The notes under the pieces: generated by a model
Databases searched by the model: none
Told to the model about the DNA's origin: nothing
The model's input: the letters and a program-made list of their open reading frames with translations, nothing else
Shown: piece after piece, positions 13,328-26,354 of the stretch
How the letters are laid out: each line of letters starts with the position of its first letter
Numbering within the stretch: the first letter of the stretch is position 1
Assembly: GCF_021869535.1 (NCBI RefSeq)
Contig: NW_026262593.1
Coordinates: 22,692,001-22,756,000 of the forward strand
DNA from: Mytilus californianus
Lineage: Eukaryota
Length of the DNA stretch: 64,000 nt
Direction of reading: 5' to 3'
Made by a program: the position numbers and the translations under genes

Positions 13328-14413
13328 TCAAGAATGGACATCAGTAAATAAAGTTTTCGTAAACGAATGTGTAAAACTCAATTTTTCGATCTTCTTAAAT
13401 TTAGAAGTTCGTCTAAGATACATCTCGAGGAATTTAGATCTGAATTGCTGACTCATGGAACAATACAGTACAAAATTTATAGCATTGTTTACTAAAGCAA
13501 TGAAATCCATAAGATCACCAAGAGGTACGTAGACATTATGGTAAAAATCCTTCATAACAGCACTCATAAATATAAGAACTCCTTGTGGAAATTCTGTAAT
13601 TAAGAATAATATCATAACAACTAGTAGCATTCTTGTTGTTTTGGTTTGACGAGTCTCTCGCTTTTGTCCTAAGCCATTAGTTGATAATCTACGCCGTCTA
13701 CTTTTGCCTTTGATTGCTAAACTATACAGAAGGGATCCACCAAATACAACCATTAGGGCACAGGGAATAAGTTTGGCCACTATAGAATATACAAGAACAT
13801 TTACAAGAACGATTGTATCAGTTTGATTGGACGCAAGTTTTAAATCCTTAAGAACATACATAGTTTTATTGTTCATTGTAACCTCCTCAATTTCATTTGT
13901 AACATAATTCGGAGTAAGGATCAGAGTTGATACTATGTAAACAACGATTATCACAGTTTTGGCTTGCTTCATGCTTCGTTTTCTTGCTATAGGTCCAGTA
14001 GCAGTCGTTCTCATTTGGACGAATCGGAAAACAGCTAGTGCCACACCGAGCCATATAGAAATAGTATGCGTTGTAGCTGCTAAGTTTACAAGTATCTGCA
14101 TGTACGTTGTCCATGCTTTGGTAAACTTTTCTGGAGAAATATCCATAGGATCGAAGACACAATAGAAATGAATAGCAAAAGGTATATACGGTATCATAGT
14201 AAGAATATCAGAAACTGCTAGCCACGTTAACATGACGTTTGTCGGACTTCTCATGTCCGAGCGGGACAAGATCGTTATATTGAAAATATTTGTGCATACT
14301 CCAAACGTACAAATAATCAAGCTTACATATCCATGCACCCCTGTAAACCACGAGGCAAACTGGAACAATGCATTATCCGGATACGAACTCGGAATATCTC
14401 CTGATGAATTCAT
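13328..14413 (-). CDS. Class A (rhodopsin-like) neuropeptide GPCR, myosuppressin receptor/dmsr-1-like group; CDS uninterrupted
   Basis: 361-aa ORF with seven hydrophobic segments. Motifs: MRSPTN..L..LAVSD (ICL1/TM2), HTISIW...LAVFRF (TM3, DRY variant), KLIPC (TM5), TTRMLL..FLITEFPQG (TM6), NNAINFVLYCSMSQQFR (TM7/H8). N-glycosylation sequon at N2. Stop is TGA. Confidence 0.95.
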   Translation of the reverse strand: MNSSGDIPSSYPDNALFQFASWFTGVHGYVSLIICTFGVCTNIFNITILSRSDMRSPTNVMLTWLAVSDILTMIPYIPFAIHFYCVFDPMDISPEKFTKAWTTYMQILVNLAATTHTISIWLGVALAVFRFVQMRTTATGPIARKRSMKQAKTVIIVVYIVSTLILTPNYVTNEIEEVTMNNKTMYVLKDLKLASNQTDTIVLVNVLVYSIVAKLIPCALMVVFGGSLLYSLAIKGKSRRRRLSTNGLGQKRETRQTKTTRMLLVVMILFLITEFPQGVLIFMSAVMKDFYHNVYVPLGDLMDFIALVNNAINFVLYCSMSQQFRSKFLEMYLRRTSKFKKIEKLSFTHSFTKTLFTDVHS

Positions 14414-14426
14414 GACTGGACTTTCC

Positions 14427-14449
14427 TCAATCTACCAGCATCTTCACAT
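14427..14449 (-). promoter_or_regulatory. Two minimal uORFs in the GPCR 5' UTR
   Basis: ATG-TGA at 14444-14449 and ATG CTG GTA GAT TGA at 14427-14441. The second ends 13 nt before the main ATG. Confidence 0.6.
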
Positions 14450-14472
14450 AGTATCGTGGTCGATGAATTATT

Positions 14473-14490
14473 CTGCAAAGGTAAAACAGT
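14473..14490 (-). promoter_or_regulatory. Splice acceptor of the GPCR coding exon
   Basis: Minus strand reads tactgttttacctttgcag|aataattc: a pyrimidine tract plus CAG, 59 nt upstream of the ATG. This implies one or more upstream 5' UTR exons. Confidence 0.7.
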
Positions 14491-15787
14491 ACATTAATTA
14501 TTAATTGCATAATCACTTCAATTACATCTGTACCCACTTGTAAATCATACTATTCTTTATAGATCTCCATTAGAAAACTTATATCAACACTATGCTAAAG
14601 TGGCGCCAAATAAGTCCTATAATTCATCGTCAGTGGTAAACCGCCTTTCATACAAATCATTACATAGGAAATTATCGCTCTTATGACATTAGATAATCAT
14701 GTAAGACACAATAAGTCATTAACAGTTGATAATAATTATCATTAGTTTAGAATAGCAATCTTAACGACTCGGCATTGCGTGTCATAGATTTCAGAAGAAC
14801 TGTCGATCTTCAAGTTCACTATGACACGGCATAGTTCCAAAGGTAGAATATTATTTAGATTGCCAATGAATCATAGAGGTAATTGTTACTGCTATCATTT
14901 CCTCACTATGAGAGACGAATCTTCTTTACTTTAACATGCTTAAATTCCTATAAATCTTCAGTTCAAATAGACAGTTATATTGATCGCTATAAGAAAGTTT
15001 CATTAAGGAACATTTCTACCGTTCTCATTTCCGCTTCAGTTTTTTCAGGTAACGAGAAAAGCAGAATATCCCTGACACAAATATATACTGTTAGCTGTTC
15101 TCGGTTAATTTTATAAAAATATCAGCGCAGATCAATCGTATTTAGTTTCCAATTGGAGAATATAGACAAGTTTCATATTAATTTCATCATTATCAAGTTT
15201 AAAGGTATCCGACCTTTTGATTATGTCATCATTATAATGTAGGAAAGAAATGAAAAATGGCTGCAGGAAAATTTAATCCTTTCAATTGACAATATGATGC
15301 ATCTACTGATCAAAAAGTGACGTAGAACGCTGACTATTATTGAAAGTTCTGACATCATTGATTGAATAGACTCCAATTCACTTATAAGATAGTATAGGTC
15401 ATGTTTTGATATAATTCGTATCTTAAAAGTGCACGTGCATTTAAAAATCGTTATTGCATCTTGACCTTTATGGTATTGATTGGATTTTGAATGCTTGAAG
15501 TAACTATTGATAACCGTTGAATGAAACAAATGCGCCGTTAGGTTGGGTTGTGAATTATTGTTTGCTATACTTATCCATCCTTTATCATGATAACATTTGA
15601 TTAGATTCTGAGTTTTTTGTGTTGCATATTTCTCCTATAACTTGTCAAATACTAGCAATAAATTGACAATTTCCATTTAGACTAGCATTCTGTGATATGA
15701 ATGAATGCAATATTGTTCAAAGTATGGAACAATACACATGTATCTGACTCGGACAAGTTCATTAATTTCTTTTGAACCATTTGACGG

Positions 15788-16040
15788 GTGGTGCATGCTT
15801 TCATTGAGATATTTATTCATGTCAACACACCTTTTATTTCTCCATATGGTAAATGGCTGCTTGCAATCATTGGCAAATATTTCATGCATATTCAGGACGA
15901 CACTCAATTTGACGAGTGGTGCATGCTTTCATTGAGATGTTTACTCATGTCGACACACCTTTTATTTCTCCATATGGTAAATGGCTGCTTGCAATCATTG
16001 GCAAATATTTCATGCACATTCAGGACGACACTCAATTTGG
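15788..16040. repeat. 128-bp tandem duplication containing a SINE tail
   Basis: gtggtgcatgctttcattgagat starts at 15788 and 15916; includes tggcaaatatttcatgca.attcaggacga. Confidence 0.9.
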
Positions 16041-16609
16041 AGCTCTCATCAGTCTGATTGTTTCAATCTCTTAAATTAGATTTTTTTTAAAACTGATGCT
16101 AAAGGTAATAATTGAACTTTGATCCCTAGTTGTTTGCGGAAAAGGGGTTTGTATATGGATAATGGAAAACAAGTAAATTTGACGACACACCCATATCAAC
16201 ATGAACAGCTTCCGCGATTGAAAAAAGACAATCCATTTGTGAGGCAAGAAATTGTCCCAAATGCTAAGAAAATGTGTTAGCATGTCTTTAATCATATCAT
16301 TGACATTTGTATCTAGATACAATCAAAACAACTCTCCAAATTGCTTAAAAAAATGGCGTTATATATCGTTTTTTATTTGTTTCGCTTGCAGGGTGGAAAT
16401 ATAGAAGTTGAGAGTCTTTATCATATACTTTAAACATTTTCCAACAGTTTTTCACATTTCCATTATTCAAAATGTAATTCATTCAGCGCTACACATTGCT
16501 GTTGAAGGTATTATGATATAAAATTTCAAATTTTACATGTTTAGAAAAATAAAGTCATCGAAGTACGTCGCTAACCAAAATAAATTAATTAGTACCTGAA
16601 AAACATTAT

Positions 16610-16745
16610 ATAGCCTAACTTAAGTTTTCTATGCTGTGTTTTGTATACTGTTGTTTGTCTTTTAATCGTTTTCCGTTTTTTTGCCCTGCCATTGTCAAAT
16701 TTTTTTCGACTTATGAGTTTGAATGTCCCTTTGATATCTTTCTCT
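16610..16745 (+). mobile_element. Penelope-like family B terminal fragment
   Basis: ttttcgacttatgagtttgaatgtccctttgatatcttt matches 9395-9435. Confidence 0.6.
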
Positions 16746-19700
16746 TTTCCAACAGAATTTTCGTTTTTGATAAAGATGTTTGTCTTTAATATTTTGTTAA
16801 CAAATTCGTCAAATTCGTCAAATCCTGTCAAAATTATAGTTTTGAGCTATTTTCAGGCGAGTATAAATTGATCAATTAATAAGAAATAAGCTACGATGTT
16901 GTTAGAACCTCGAAGAATTTTTTGGGAAGGTTAAAAAAAATAGATTTCGAAAATGGCCCTTGTGAAAAAAAAATCAGACGAAATTAGTTCTACCACTTAA
17001 TTAACAGAAGCTTCCTTTACGTGAAGTTTGATAAGCATTTTCTATGTGAACTGCATTGCTTAATACGACTTTATGGATAACATGTTATATATTTTGATGA
17101 TGAGTAAATTGTTATTCATAACACTTTCTAATTATTGTCAAGTTTGCAAGAACGGTGCTAATCACACAAAACTTTTCAAAGGTCTTGTGTGTTTCTTGTT
17201 TTTAATGTGACTGCATAATCTTCCACTCATGTCGATCCACGATTAGATGTTCTAATGTGATACGGTTCTGTCAAATATGACTGCCTGTATGATGGCACGA
17301 AGAGACTTTCTTAACTGATTAATTTAAACCCCGAGGTGTTGAGATTGACAAATGAATACTTTATCGCTGCCGTAATAATCACTCTTCTATGAAGAGGTTG
17401 GAAAGTTGACAAATAAATTGTTAAGGTTCATGCTTATTATTGGTATTGAGATTTGTTAAATATCTTTGGGGATCAAGTCATCATATAACAGAACTGCAAT
17501 TCAATATATTCATCAATTACTTTGTTGTGAAAAGTGGAGGAAATCTTTAAGAACTATTTATTAATAACGACCCCAAATGAATTAGTTCGTGGCTATAGCG
17601 AATTAAATGATAACATATGATGATAAACATCTAAGTGTTTTAGGATTGTCAGAATGACGTATTATTTTTTTCCCTTCAATTTCTTGGTTTGCAATAAAAT
17701 TATACGTATACTGAAGACAATGTTTAGTTTGGTCCCAAGAGAGACTTTTAAAGAATCGGGAAAAACCACGTGACTGCACTTTTAATGAAAATGTTAATAA
17801 TGTATATAAAGTATGACCTTACACCTTGATGTTCATTCCATAAATATTACCACAAAAACACATAGAAAAAAACTTGAAATAAAAAAGAAACAAAGTTTGC
17901 CTACGTTTATTACAAATCAAATATTCCTCACATACAAGTCATTCAGCAGGGCGAAATTCAATTCTATAGAAAATGTCATCACTCATATTGATAATGAAAA
18001 ATGACATCTCATTTGGATGCTTAATTCATTAAAAATTTATACTTAATGTTCCTTTACAGCTATTTCCCATTATATATTTATTGTAATCTGCTTAGTTCTA
18101 GCCTATTTTGAATTTTATTTTTATATGACACAACTTTTAATATCCGGATATATTCTCGACCAGTGAACTGTTTTTCCTGTCATTTATCGAATATGTTTAG
18201 AACCGAATTCAACAGTTATTCAATATTCATTCATGTTGAAATATAATATTTAAATTTAGTTTATATAGGCAACAGTAGTTTACAGTAGTTAACCGGTGTT
18301 CAAATCTCATAAAGAAGACAAATTACGGTCACATACAAAAACTGAGGGAATCGCATAAACTTCGAAAGGAGTGTCGACAGGGTAAGAGTCTCCTGCTATG
18401 CATGTATCACCCGTCATGCATCTGTCAAATGGAAGTTTTTAACGACCTTGACTGGATATACATCCCTCGCACGGTCGGTGATTTGGGAATAGGCCACAAT
18501 CTGTTATATATCAGATAAAACAAGAATTTTGGTAAATAAACATCTAAAACTGCGAAAATATGTCCCTAGTGAGTTCAGACACAGACATATCGTATCGAGT
18601 TCGTTACATATATAAACTAATAATTAAAAATATTTTACCTTTAAATAGGTCACCTTCTTATATTTAAAAAAAAACTTTTAATATTCCAAAATATTTATTT
18701 ATAATTGCAGTTGCTTTACTTCTTCTGCGAATTCGTTTTATCATCCACATATTTGCATTCCATAGGAACAGACTTATTAAGATATTGAAATACTTACTTT
18801 GATTTACATATATATAGAACATTATTTTTTAGCGTTCATCGTGATCAACACTCTTCATTATTTACACTAAGCTGAATAAAATTAATTACCAGACTGTCAT
18901 TCATAATACAGTATCTCAAATTTCCGGATGAAAAATCAAAACATCCGCATAATAATCTCATTAAATTGATACATGTAAACGTCATCGGATGACAACATAC
19001 CGTAGAAAGAAAGTATAAGTATGTAACTGTTATGTCATTTTCAAAGTAAAGGAATAGTCAGAATAATATTTAAATATCAATAATAACAAAATTATGATGC
19101 TGTGCTGTTAATGGTGATACTTCTAAAGATATGGATACCAATTAACAACCAATAAAGTATACAGGGATTAAAACACAATAATTATATAGTCGAAGAAAAA
19201 TTTGCTCTTAATTGAAATGTAGGTAAATGTCAATGAAACGGCAACATCATGAAAAAAACAAAACAAAAAAAAAAGCAAAAAAAATAACAACAGCAAAAAG
19301 ACCCAACATCTAGGACAACAGTTAACCTAAAATGATACCGTCGATTTTAATTAGGAATGTGGGTGCTCACATAATGGTATACTTATGCCACTTCCCTTTT
19401 TGGGATACAATACAAAACTCTTTATTGTTTTTAAAGTCTTAAAGTGGGAAGTATAAACAGTAAGTATCTCCCGTGATCTATACGGCACCCGTAATGAGCT
19501 TCATGCATCCAATTAAATCATTATCAATCAATATTGACAACTAAATTTAAGAACCTTCTGACATTACATTTTTTAAATTATGTTGAATAATTACTTTAAT
19601 TGCATGCATTATATGGTTATCTTATTCTTAAATATAAATTTACTATTACATTGTGTAATGGTATAAAACAAACTGAACATTTAAAGTGTACATCAGGACA

Positions 19701-21649
19701 ATAGTTGAATTGAATTTCGAGCTTTTTAAAAGACATTCTCATGTGATTCCAGTTTTGTACATTACATATTGACTTACCTTAAGTTTAATATATCCCCATA
19801 CACCTTTAGAATGTATCCATTCTTAATTAGTAATAATTAATCAAGAACAGTCAGTTGTTATATATCCAATGAGTTTCAAAATCCAACATCTGAAAATCGC
19901 TTCAATCATATTTTACATTCACTGAATCTATACTAACCATGCTAACCATATGCTTTACGGTAACACTCATTAAAAATAAACGACAAAAAAACCCAAGTTG
20001 TTTATATTGATGTTATTGATCTGGTGATGATCCAATCATACACATAGTGACACAGTATAGCCAACCTCTGTTCTAAAATCAAAAGACCAATATTCGTGTG
20101 GCCTTAGCAGAATGCAGATGGTATTGCTTACTTAGCTTGAGTATTTGTTTAATTATTTGCCGATTTTACTTTTCTTGCTGTATTTTATAACTTAGACATG
20201 TTAGAGTGTAAGCAAACTTCGTCTGGTATTATTTATTCATTACTATTCATACCCAATCACTAGTACTAGGATAGCTTAAAAAGTACAATACATGTTACTG
20301 GTTTTTCTTGCCGTATAACACACCGAGGGCTGATAGGATTGATTAAATGACTTTGAGCAATCCTGACACCCTAAAGTGTGTTATACGACAATAAACACCT
20401 TGAAATATGTATTATCTGCATTGAAGACCCATTGGTGGCCTTCGGCTGTTGTCTGCTCTATGGTCGGGTCGTTGTCTCTTTGACACATTCCCCATTTCCA
20501 TTCTCAATTTTATCTGACTTATATACACCGTCAAAAATATTATTTTCTGCAAAGATGTGCAGAATTTGCATCCTTTCTTACCAACCACACTAAAGTGGGA
20601 TGTTCTTTTCTAGTGCGTTCAGGTTTTAATACACCCTACGGCTCATTTTAATGTGAAATAAAACTCACTAATTAATTAGACATAACCTTTAGAAATCATT
20701 AACTAGTTACAAAAAAATATTACTGTAACTGCATGAAGCAAAACACAAATGAATTGTTAAGGTGTATGAAAAATACAAGTCACTTTGTAAGTTATTTATT
20801 ATATCAACATAGTTTATGAAAGGGGATGCTATGTTTTTTCTTTTTTTTTTTCATGAAATTTTTATCGCAGAAAAGCAGATTATTTTTTCAACAATTTTAA
20901 CGAACTGTTCAGAATAATTGTTTTCTCTGTTTTGTCTGGCAATACAATTAAAAAAAAAAAAAAAAAACTGAGAATCAGGATTAAATATTATGCTTCCACC
21001 ACCCAAAGCCATTATAAAGTACGTGGCTGTTATTCTATAAAAAATAAGAATATTTGGTCATTTGATCATTTGATAGATGTAAATAGTTAAGAACTGACAC
21101 GAGAGAGCACGAACTCGTGGTACATGTACATGTAACACGAAAAACAGCGTGAACCAATAAGATTTTCAAAATCCTACACACGAATGTGTTGAATTTGTTT
21201 TAAAAGTGTTGCATTATTAAATTCATCTCACATAATGTCCCTTTATCGCAGCGATAAATAATAATAAAAAAAACATTATTTGTTCGAAAGTTAATATGTG
21301 CGTCAACGATTTTTGGTATTTCGATCTAATAAACGGAGGAAAGGATTGTTTCTGCTTTATCCCTTTCAAAGATGGAAAAATAAAAAAAGTAAAGCCACAA
21401 TTGGCAATAACACACGAAAACTATCAAACGAATTAGATGTTTAAGTAAATTATAGTTTGCATTTTAATCAGAGAAAATAATGACCTTACACATGTCATTA
21501 TTTTATGCCTTGAAGCAAATTTTATTGAAACTTGGTATCGTCTCGGTTGATTCTTCAAAAGAAAGATATATTGTTCTGAAAGAAAATAACTCAATGTTGG
21601 TATAAATTAGGACATAATTCAAAAATACTAATATACGGAACGTTCCATT

Positions 21650-21945
21650 TCATTTACATCTTCGAAATTTAGAGATTCCTTTGACCCCACAATTGACAGA
21701 CGGTATTGCTAAATAACCAATATATATTTGCTTGAATGTATGCTGTACTATGATGTCGTATTTACATCTTCAAAAGTGCGAGATTCTTATGACCCTACAA
21801 GTGACAGATGGTAATGCTTAATTACCTTATATATTTGCCCGACTGAATGCTGTACTATGAAGTCTTTTATATTTACATCTTCAAAATTCTGAGATTCCAA
21901 TGACCCCAAATTCTTAAATACCTATATATTTGCCTGAGTGTTTGC
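21650..21945. repeat. ~110-bp tandem repeat, ~3 diverged units
   Basis: tttacatcttc at 21653, 21761, 21872. Confidence 0.8.
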
Positions 21946-22312
21946 AGTATTAAGATACCTGGCGTATTGGTCTGTGAACGGTTGTTGTCCCATAAATGAC
22001 AATACCTTTCTTCAATTGTTCGATGACTGTAAGGGGATATTGACTAAACAGTTTATTTCACAACTTACAGGCTTATACAGGCTTTGTTTTGTATTGAATA
22101 AATTGGCATTTATGTACATAATCTTGTCAACGGAATTAATATTAAACGATACCAAGTATCGAATTTTTCTGTTGTTATAGACTTACAATATTGAACAGAG
22201 ACCTTTTTTGTTTATTGATAGATTTTACTGAACTTACATGAACACAACACAACACTACTCTTAAACTTTTTTTTTTCTATCAAACTGCATGATTTAGTAT
22301 TATTTTTCTAAA

Positions 22313-22511
22313 TAGGGTCTGGTTGGTTGGTCCTTCATTTTCTGTATTCGTTAATTATTTAGGCCAATTTTCTCTATTTTCTTTTTTTTACTTATTGTTC
22401 TCTTTTCTCTAAATTTTAGCACTCCATTATTCTGGATTTTTTATTTTGTGGCCTATTTTTCTCATTTCATTATAGTTTTCCCTTTGTTCTGTAAACCCCA
22501 TCTACACCCTC
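22313..22511. mobile_element. Same MITE family, diverged
   Basis: agggtctggttgg...aaaccccatctacaccctc; flanks ttctaa/ttctga. Confidence 0.65.
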
Positions 22512-22559
22512 TTCTGAAAGTAAGGGATGAAGTTGAGGGAAATGCACAAACCGATGGCT

Positions 22560-22713
22560 ATAGATTCTACCACTCCATCCCGTTGATTAAAATATTTATC
22601 CACTCGAGGTAGTTTAATTTTCAAACTTTGAAACGAAAGGTTTAAAAATTTAAAAATTCAAATACCGAGGGTGGAAAATATTGCTATTAACAGGATAAAC
22701 TGGTAGAATCTGT
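22560..22713. mobile_element. Palindromic MITE-like element
   Basis: AGATTCTACCA / TGGTAGAATCT outer arms and AATATTTATCCACTCGAGGTA / TACCGAGGGTGGAAAATATT inner arms. Confidence 0.55.
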
Positions 22714-23354
22714 TGCTCTAAATGATGTTAGGGAAAATGATGAGTGCAATGTTCCGAATGGTTTTGGCGGCAAATTATATGAGACAAACTTAATCAACGT
22801 GTGATTTAACAAAAATCAAACTGGTCAGAACAATTTAAATGCAGAATTATAAAAATAAACACTTTATATCTAGAAAGAAATCATCAACATGTAAGGTATA
22901 TCAAAAACCAACTGAAATGATAAATATAGTCTATTATAAACCATCAAAAATATATGACAATCCATGAACAGCACATAGCTCCTTACATTCTTAAAAGTCA
23001 TTCAGACATTCAATGCAATCTCTGACCAAGGAAGTATTTACCTACATACTCTGACTAAGTTGCCATCCATACAAATCATGCGGTCAATTCCTCATCAAAT
23101 TTGGATAGGATGGAGGCTTTTAAAATATACTGTCCCTTTAGACAGTACGTGGTAGCTATGTAACCATCACTGCGGAAACTTGGAGCTATAATTTTACACT
23201 GTTTCCGCATACGGGATGTATCAATCACCGTCTATTCAGACTGCATTCGGTCACAATTAGTAATCACTTGAATATAGACAGCATTTTGTGACTTACTATA
23301 TTAACTTTATTATATTTAGCTTTTGATGGATACTGTATTAACTTTCATATAACA

Positions 23355-23450
23355 TCATTAACGGTACCAATGTTACTACACCAGATGAACATTTCGACAA
23401 TTAATGTCTCTTCATTGAAGCTTGAGGCCAAATATTTTAAAATCATATAA
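23355..23450 (-). mobile_element. Sister hammerhead-bearing repeat fragment
   Basis: Minus strand GCTTCA ATGAAGA GAC-ATTAATT-GTC GAAA TGTTCA TC TGGTGT; core C-to-A mutated. Confidence 0.55.
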
Positions 23451-23679
23451 AAATCATGTGGTCGCTTACAGTATTAGCTTTCGTTTAGCCAAGATACGGT
23501 CTATACATTAAGATAGATATGATTATTAAGTTTGTCAAATGAAAATAATTCTTCACAAATTTGGCTCGTCCGAAGCGTTTTTCTGAATGTTTCTTCATCA
23601 GCTCAGGAAGGCTCAACCCCATTAATTTAAAAGTCAAGGATGTATAAGTATGGACGTAAAAAGAACACCCAAAATATAT

Positions 23680-24190
23680 AGAGACGGCATGCAGTAACTG
23701 ATAATCACTATCTTTTTGGCCATGGTACGGTATCTTGCGATGTCGCCGCCCATTTAGACAAAATGTAGTTACGGACTGCCACCATCTATTTGGACGTGGT
23801 ACGGTAGCTTGATATGAACCATGCATTAACACAGCATGAAGTAACTGACTGCCATCTATTTGGACATGGTACAGTATCTTGCGATGACGCTGTCCATTTA
23901 GATAGCATGCAGTAACTGACTGCCACCATCTATCTGGACGTGGTACGGTACATCGATATGAAGCCATGCATTTAGACAGCATACAGTAACTGGCTGCCAC
24001 TATCTATTTGGACATGGTACGGTATCTTGCGATGACGCAGTAACTGACTGCCACCATTTATTTGGACATGGTACGGTATCTTGCGATGAAGCTGTCTATT
24101 TAGATACCTTGCAGTAACTGACTGCCACCATCTATTGGGACGTGGTACGGTATCTTTCTATAACGCCATCCATTAAAACATCATACAATT
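23680..24190. repeat. 74-bp tandem repeat, ~7 units, two alternating variants
   Basis: GGTAC anchors at 23724, 23798, 23868, 23942, 24016, 24070, 24144. Confidence 0.9.
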
Positions 24191-26354
24191 AACTAAATTA
24201 ATTATTATTTCATCATTTATGTAAATAATATGCAGTCATATAATGATACATCATTACTTTAAGCTTGAAAGCCTTTCTCAAGTCCTTAAACCAATTCGAT
24301 CTCATTTCATAAATGAAAATCGGTGCAGGTGCGTTTATTTTTGAAGTTTTATAACTTATCTGGGAATGGTTTGAATTACATATTTTTTAAAGTATCTATC
24401 ATTTGATATATGAACTGATACGAAAAGCACAGACACCTACATAGCAAGATAAGATATAATATAAATCTGAGGTGCAAAACCACTTTCATTGAAGATTTTC
24501 CCTATTACAATTTCAAAATTTTCAAGTGCAATACAAATTTTTCAATTAAGCTACACAGCAAAATAATTACGATGGCGCTTTTATGATTTCATGGTAATAC
24601 GAGATATGTGTCTGGATGCAAAAAAATAAGCGCAAAACGATACGGATTGGGAGAGAAGCTTTCGTTAATTTTGCTCGTTAAAAAGTCTGATGTAATTCAA
24701 TTCAGTAAATGATATGTTCTCATTATACTCTGTATATCTGGTCTTAATCGAAATGTACATAAAATAGTAATATCATGGTTGCCCTTAACTAGAACGGTAT
24801 TATCATGGTTGTCATTAATTAGAAGTTCTACATTAGATTAATAATGACCCATGAAAGAAAGTTAATTTGAAATAATCCATGATAGTGTTGCTATATTTGG
24901 TTTTTGTAAATTGAGAGTCTGTGAGATAACGATGTCAACGCTATGTCAGGACACAGTTATGTGATATTATCGACTTTGACATATAAAAATAATGAATTGT
25001 CAATTCCGCTGGTGGTACTTTTAATGCCACCTGAAGATATGCAATCAATAATTTAAAATTAGCAGTAATCCTACTGATTAGTTGTTAGCTGTAATTGAAG
25101 GTTGAAGTGAGATAAAATTACAAAACATGTATAGCTTTTTAAAAACATTAACTTTCACATTAGATTGTCTGATCTGATATTGATTCAACATAATAGAAAA
25201 ACTTATAACTTAAAGTTTATGCATTTATAAATCTCTGAAATATGAAATGAGTTTTCAATTTTGACAGATTTAATTTTGCAATGTCGTTCATTTAGTAGGT
25301 GATAACGTCCATCGCTGCTGGTGAGAGGGTGGCATCAACCAAGTTGTCATTGGTGTGATTTATGATTATACAAAATTTGTTAAGTTAAGTTTTGAACTTT
25401 TCTGGTAAATGTAAATCCAAAAAAACGCTTCAGACGCACGAAATATAAACTGTTATTTTAATTTTATACATATTGCTAATAACATTAGTAAAATAAGATT
25501 TTTCTTGCATCCTACCAAAAGATTTGTCGTCTCGTTTATAACGGATTGAAACGCTAATTTCAGAATACAGCTTAGCAGCCCACAAGAGAGACATGTCATT
25601 ACACACAACTGACAGAAATAGAATCGATCGTACCAAAGATTCTAATTCTTGATACAATATAACAGTATCGTAAAGGCTCGTAGGTTAAACTCTTTAAATG
25701 TAAGTATTTAGAGAGGAGCGCAATCCTCATGTGACGGAAGGAGAATCGATGTTTTCTTTTGTCAAAAAATACCACGCATAACACTTTCATTTGGTAGACG
25801 ATTTATTGACGAATTAATATACATGTAGTACCTCCTCTCTCATAAATGATAGAAAATACCACTGAAGTTCAATAGTATTTTTGCTTATATATTTAAGTTG
25901 AAAGTTAGGCTTAAAAATACATAAATTTCTGTCCTTTATATCTTAAAACGGCTTCATTTTCATTTTATGTTTTCAGTGTAGCAGTTATAAGGAAATCTTC
26001 CCTTGCAGAGATGCAGTGTACCACCATCCCCCACTCCCCCTAAAGAATCAAAAGAAATCAACCATCGTCATTTCCGAACAGGCCTAAGATTATGAGAAAT
26101 TGGCAAGGAATCCAAGTAACAAAATTGTGTCAACAACTGTTTTATTCTTATCGCCGACGATTGCTATTATTCGTCATCAAAAATGAGTTCCTAATTATTG
26201 AGAATACCAAAAGCAAAGATATTTGGACGACACGATAATATTCGGTGTGGAGTGTCGAATACTGTATTGATTATTACGAAGATTTTCAAAATTTATTTCT
26301 CTATTAGACCGTATTTTAAAACGAGTCACAGATTTTCAATTTTCTATTTCTATT

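Noticed and set aside
13286-13330. Selenocysteine readthrough of the GPCR TGA stop (would add ~14 aa)
   Set aside because: No SECIS near the 3' end. The only same-strand downstream family A SECIS region is ~6 kb away (~7290-7345) and lacks AUGA.
23485-24000. 171-aa minus-strand ORF
   Set aside because: Lies over the 74-bp tandem repeat, whose period is not a multiple of 3; no domain is recognisable.
25564-25699. Plus-strand exon-like segment (ctaatttcag ... AT|GTAAGT)
   Set aside because: Stops in all three frames and no partner exons; cannot be supported without RNA data.
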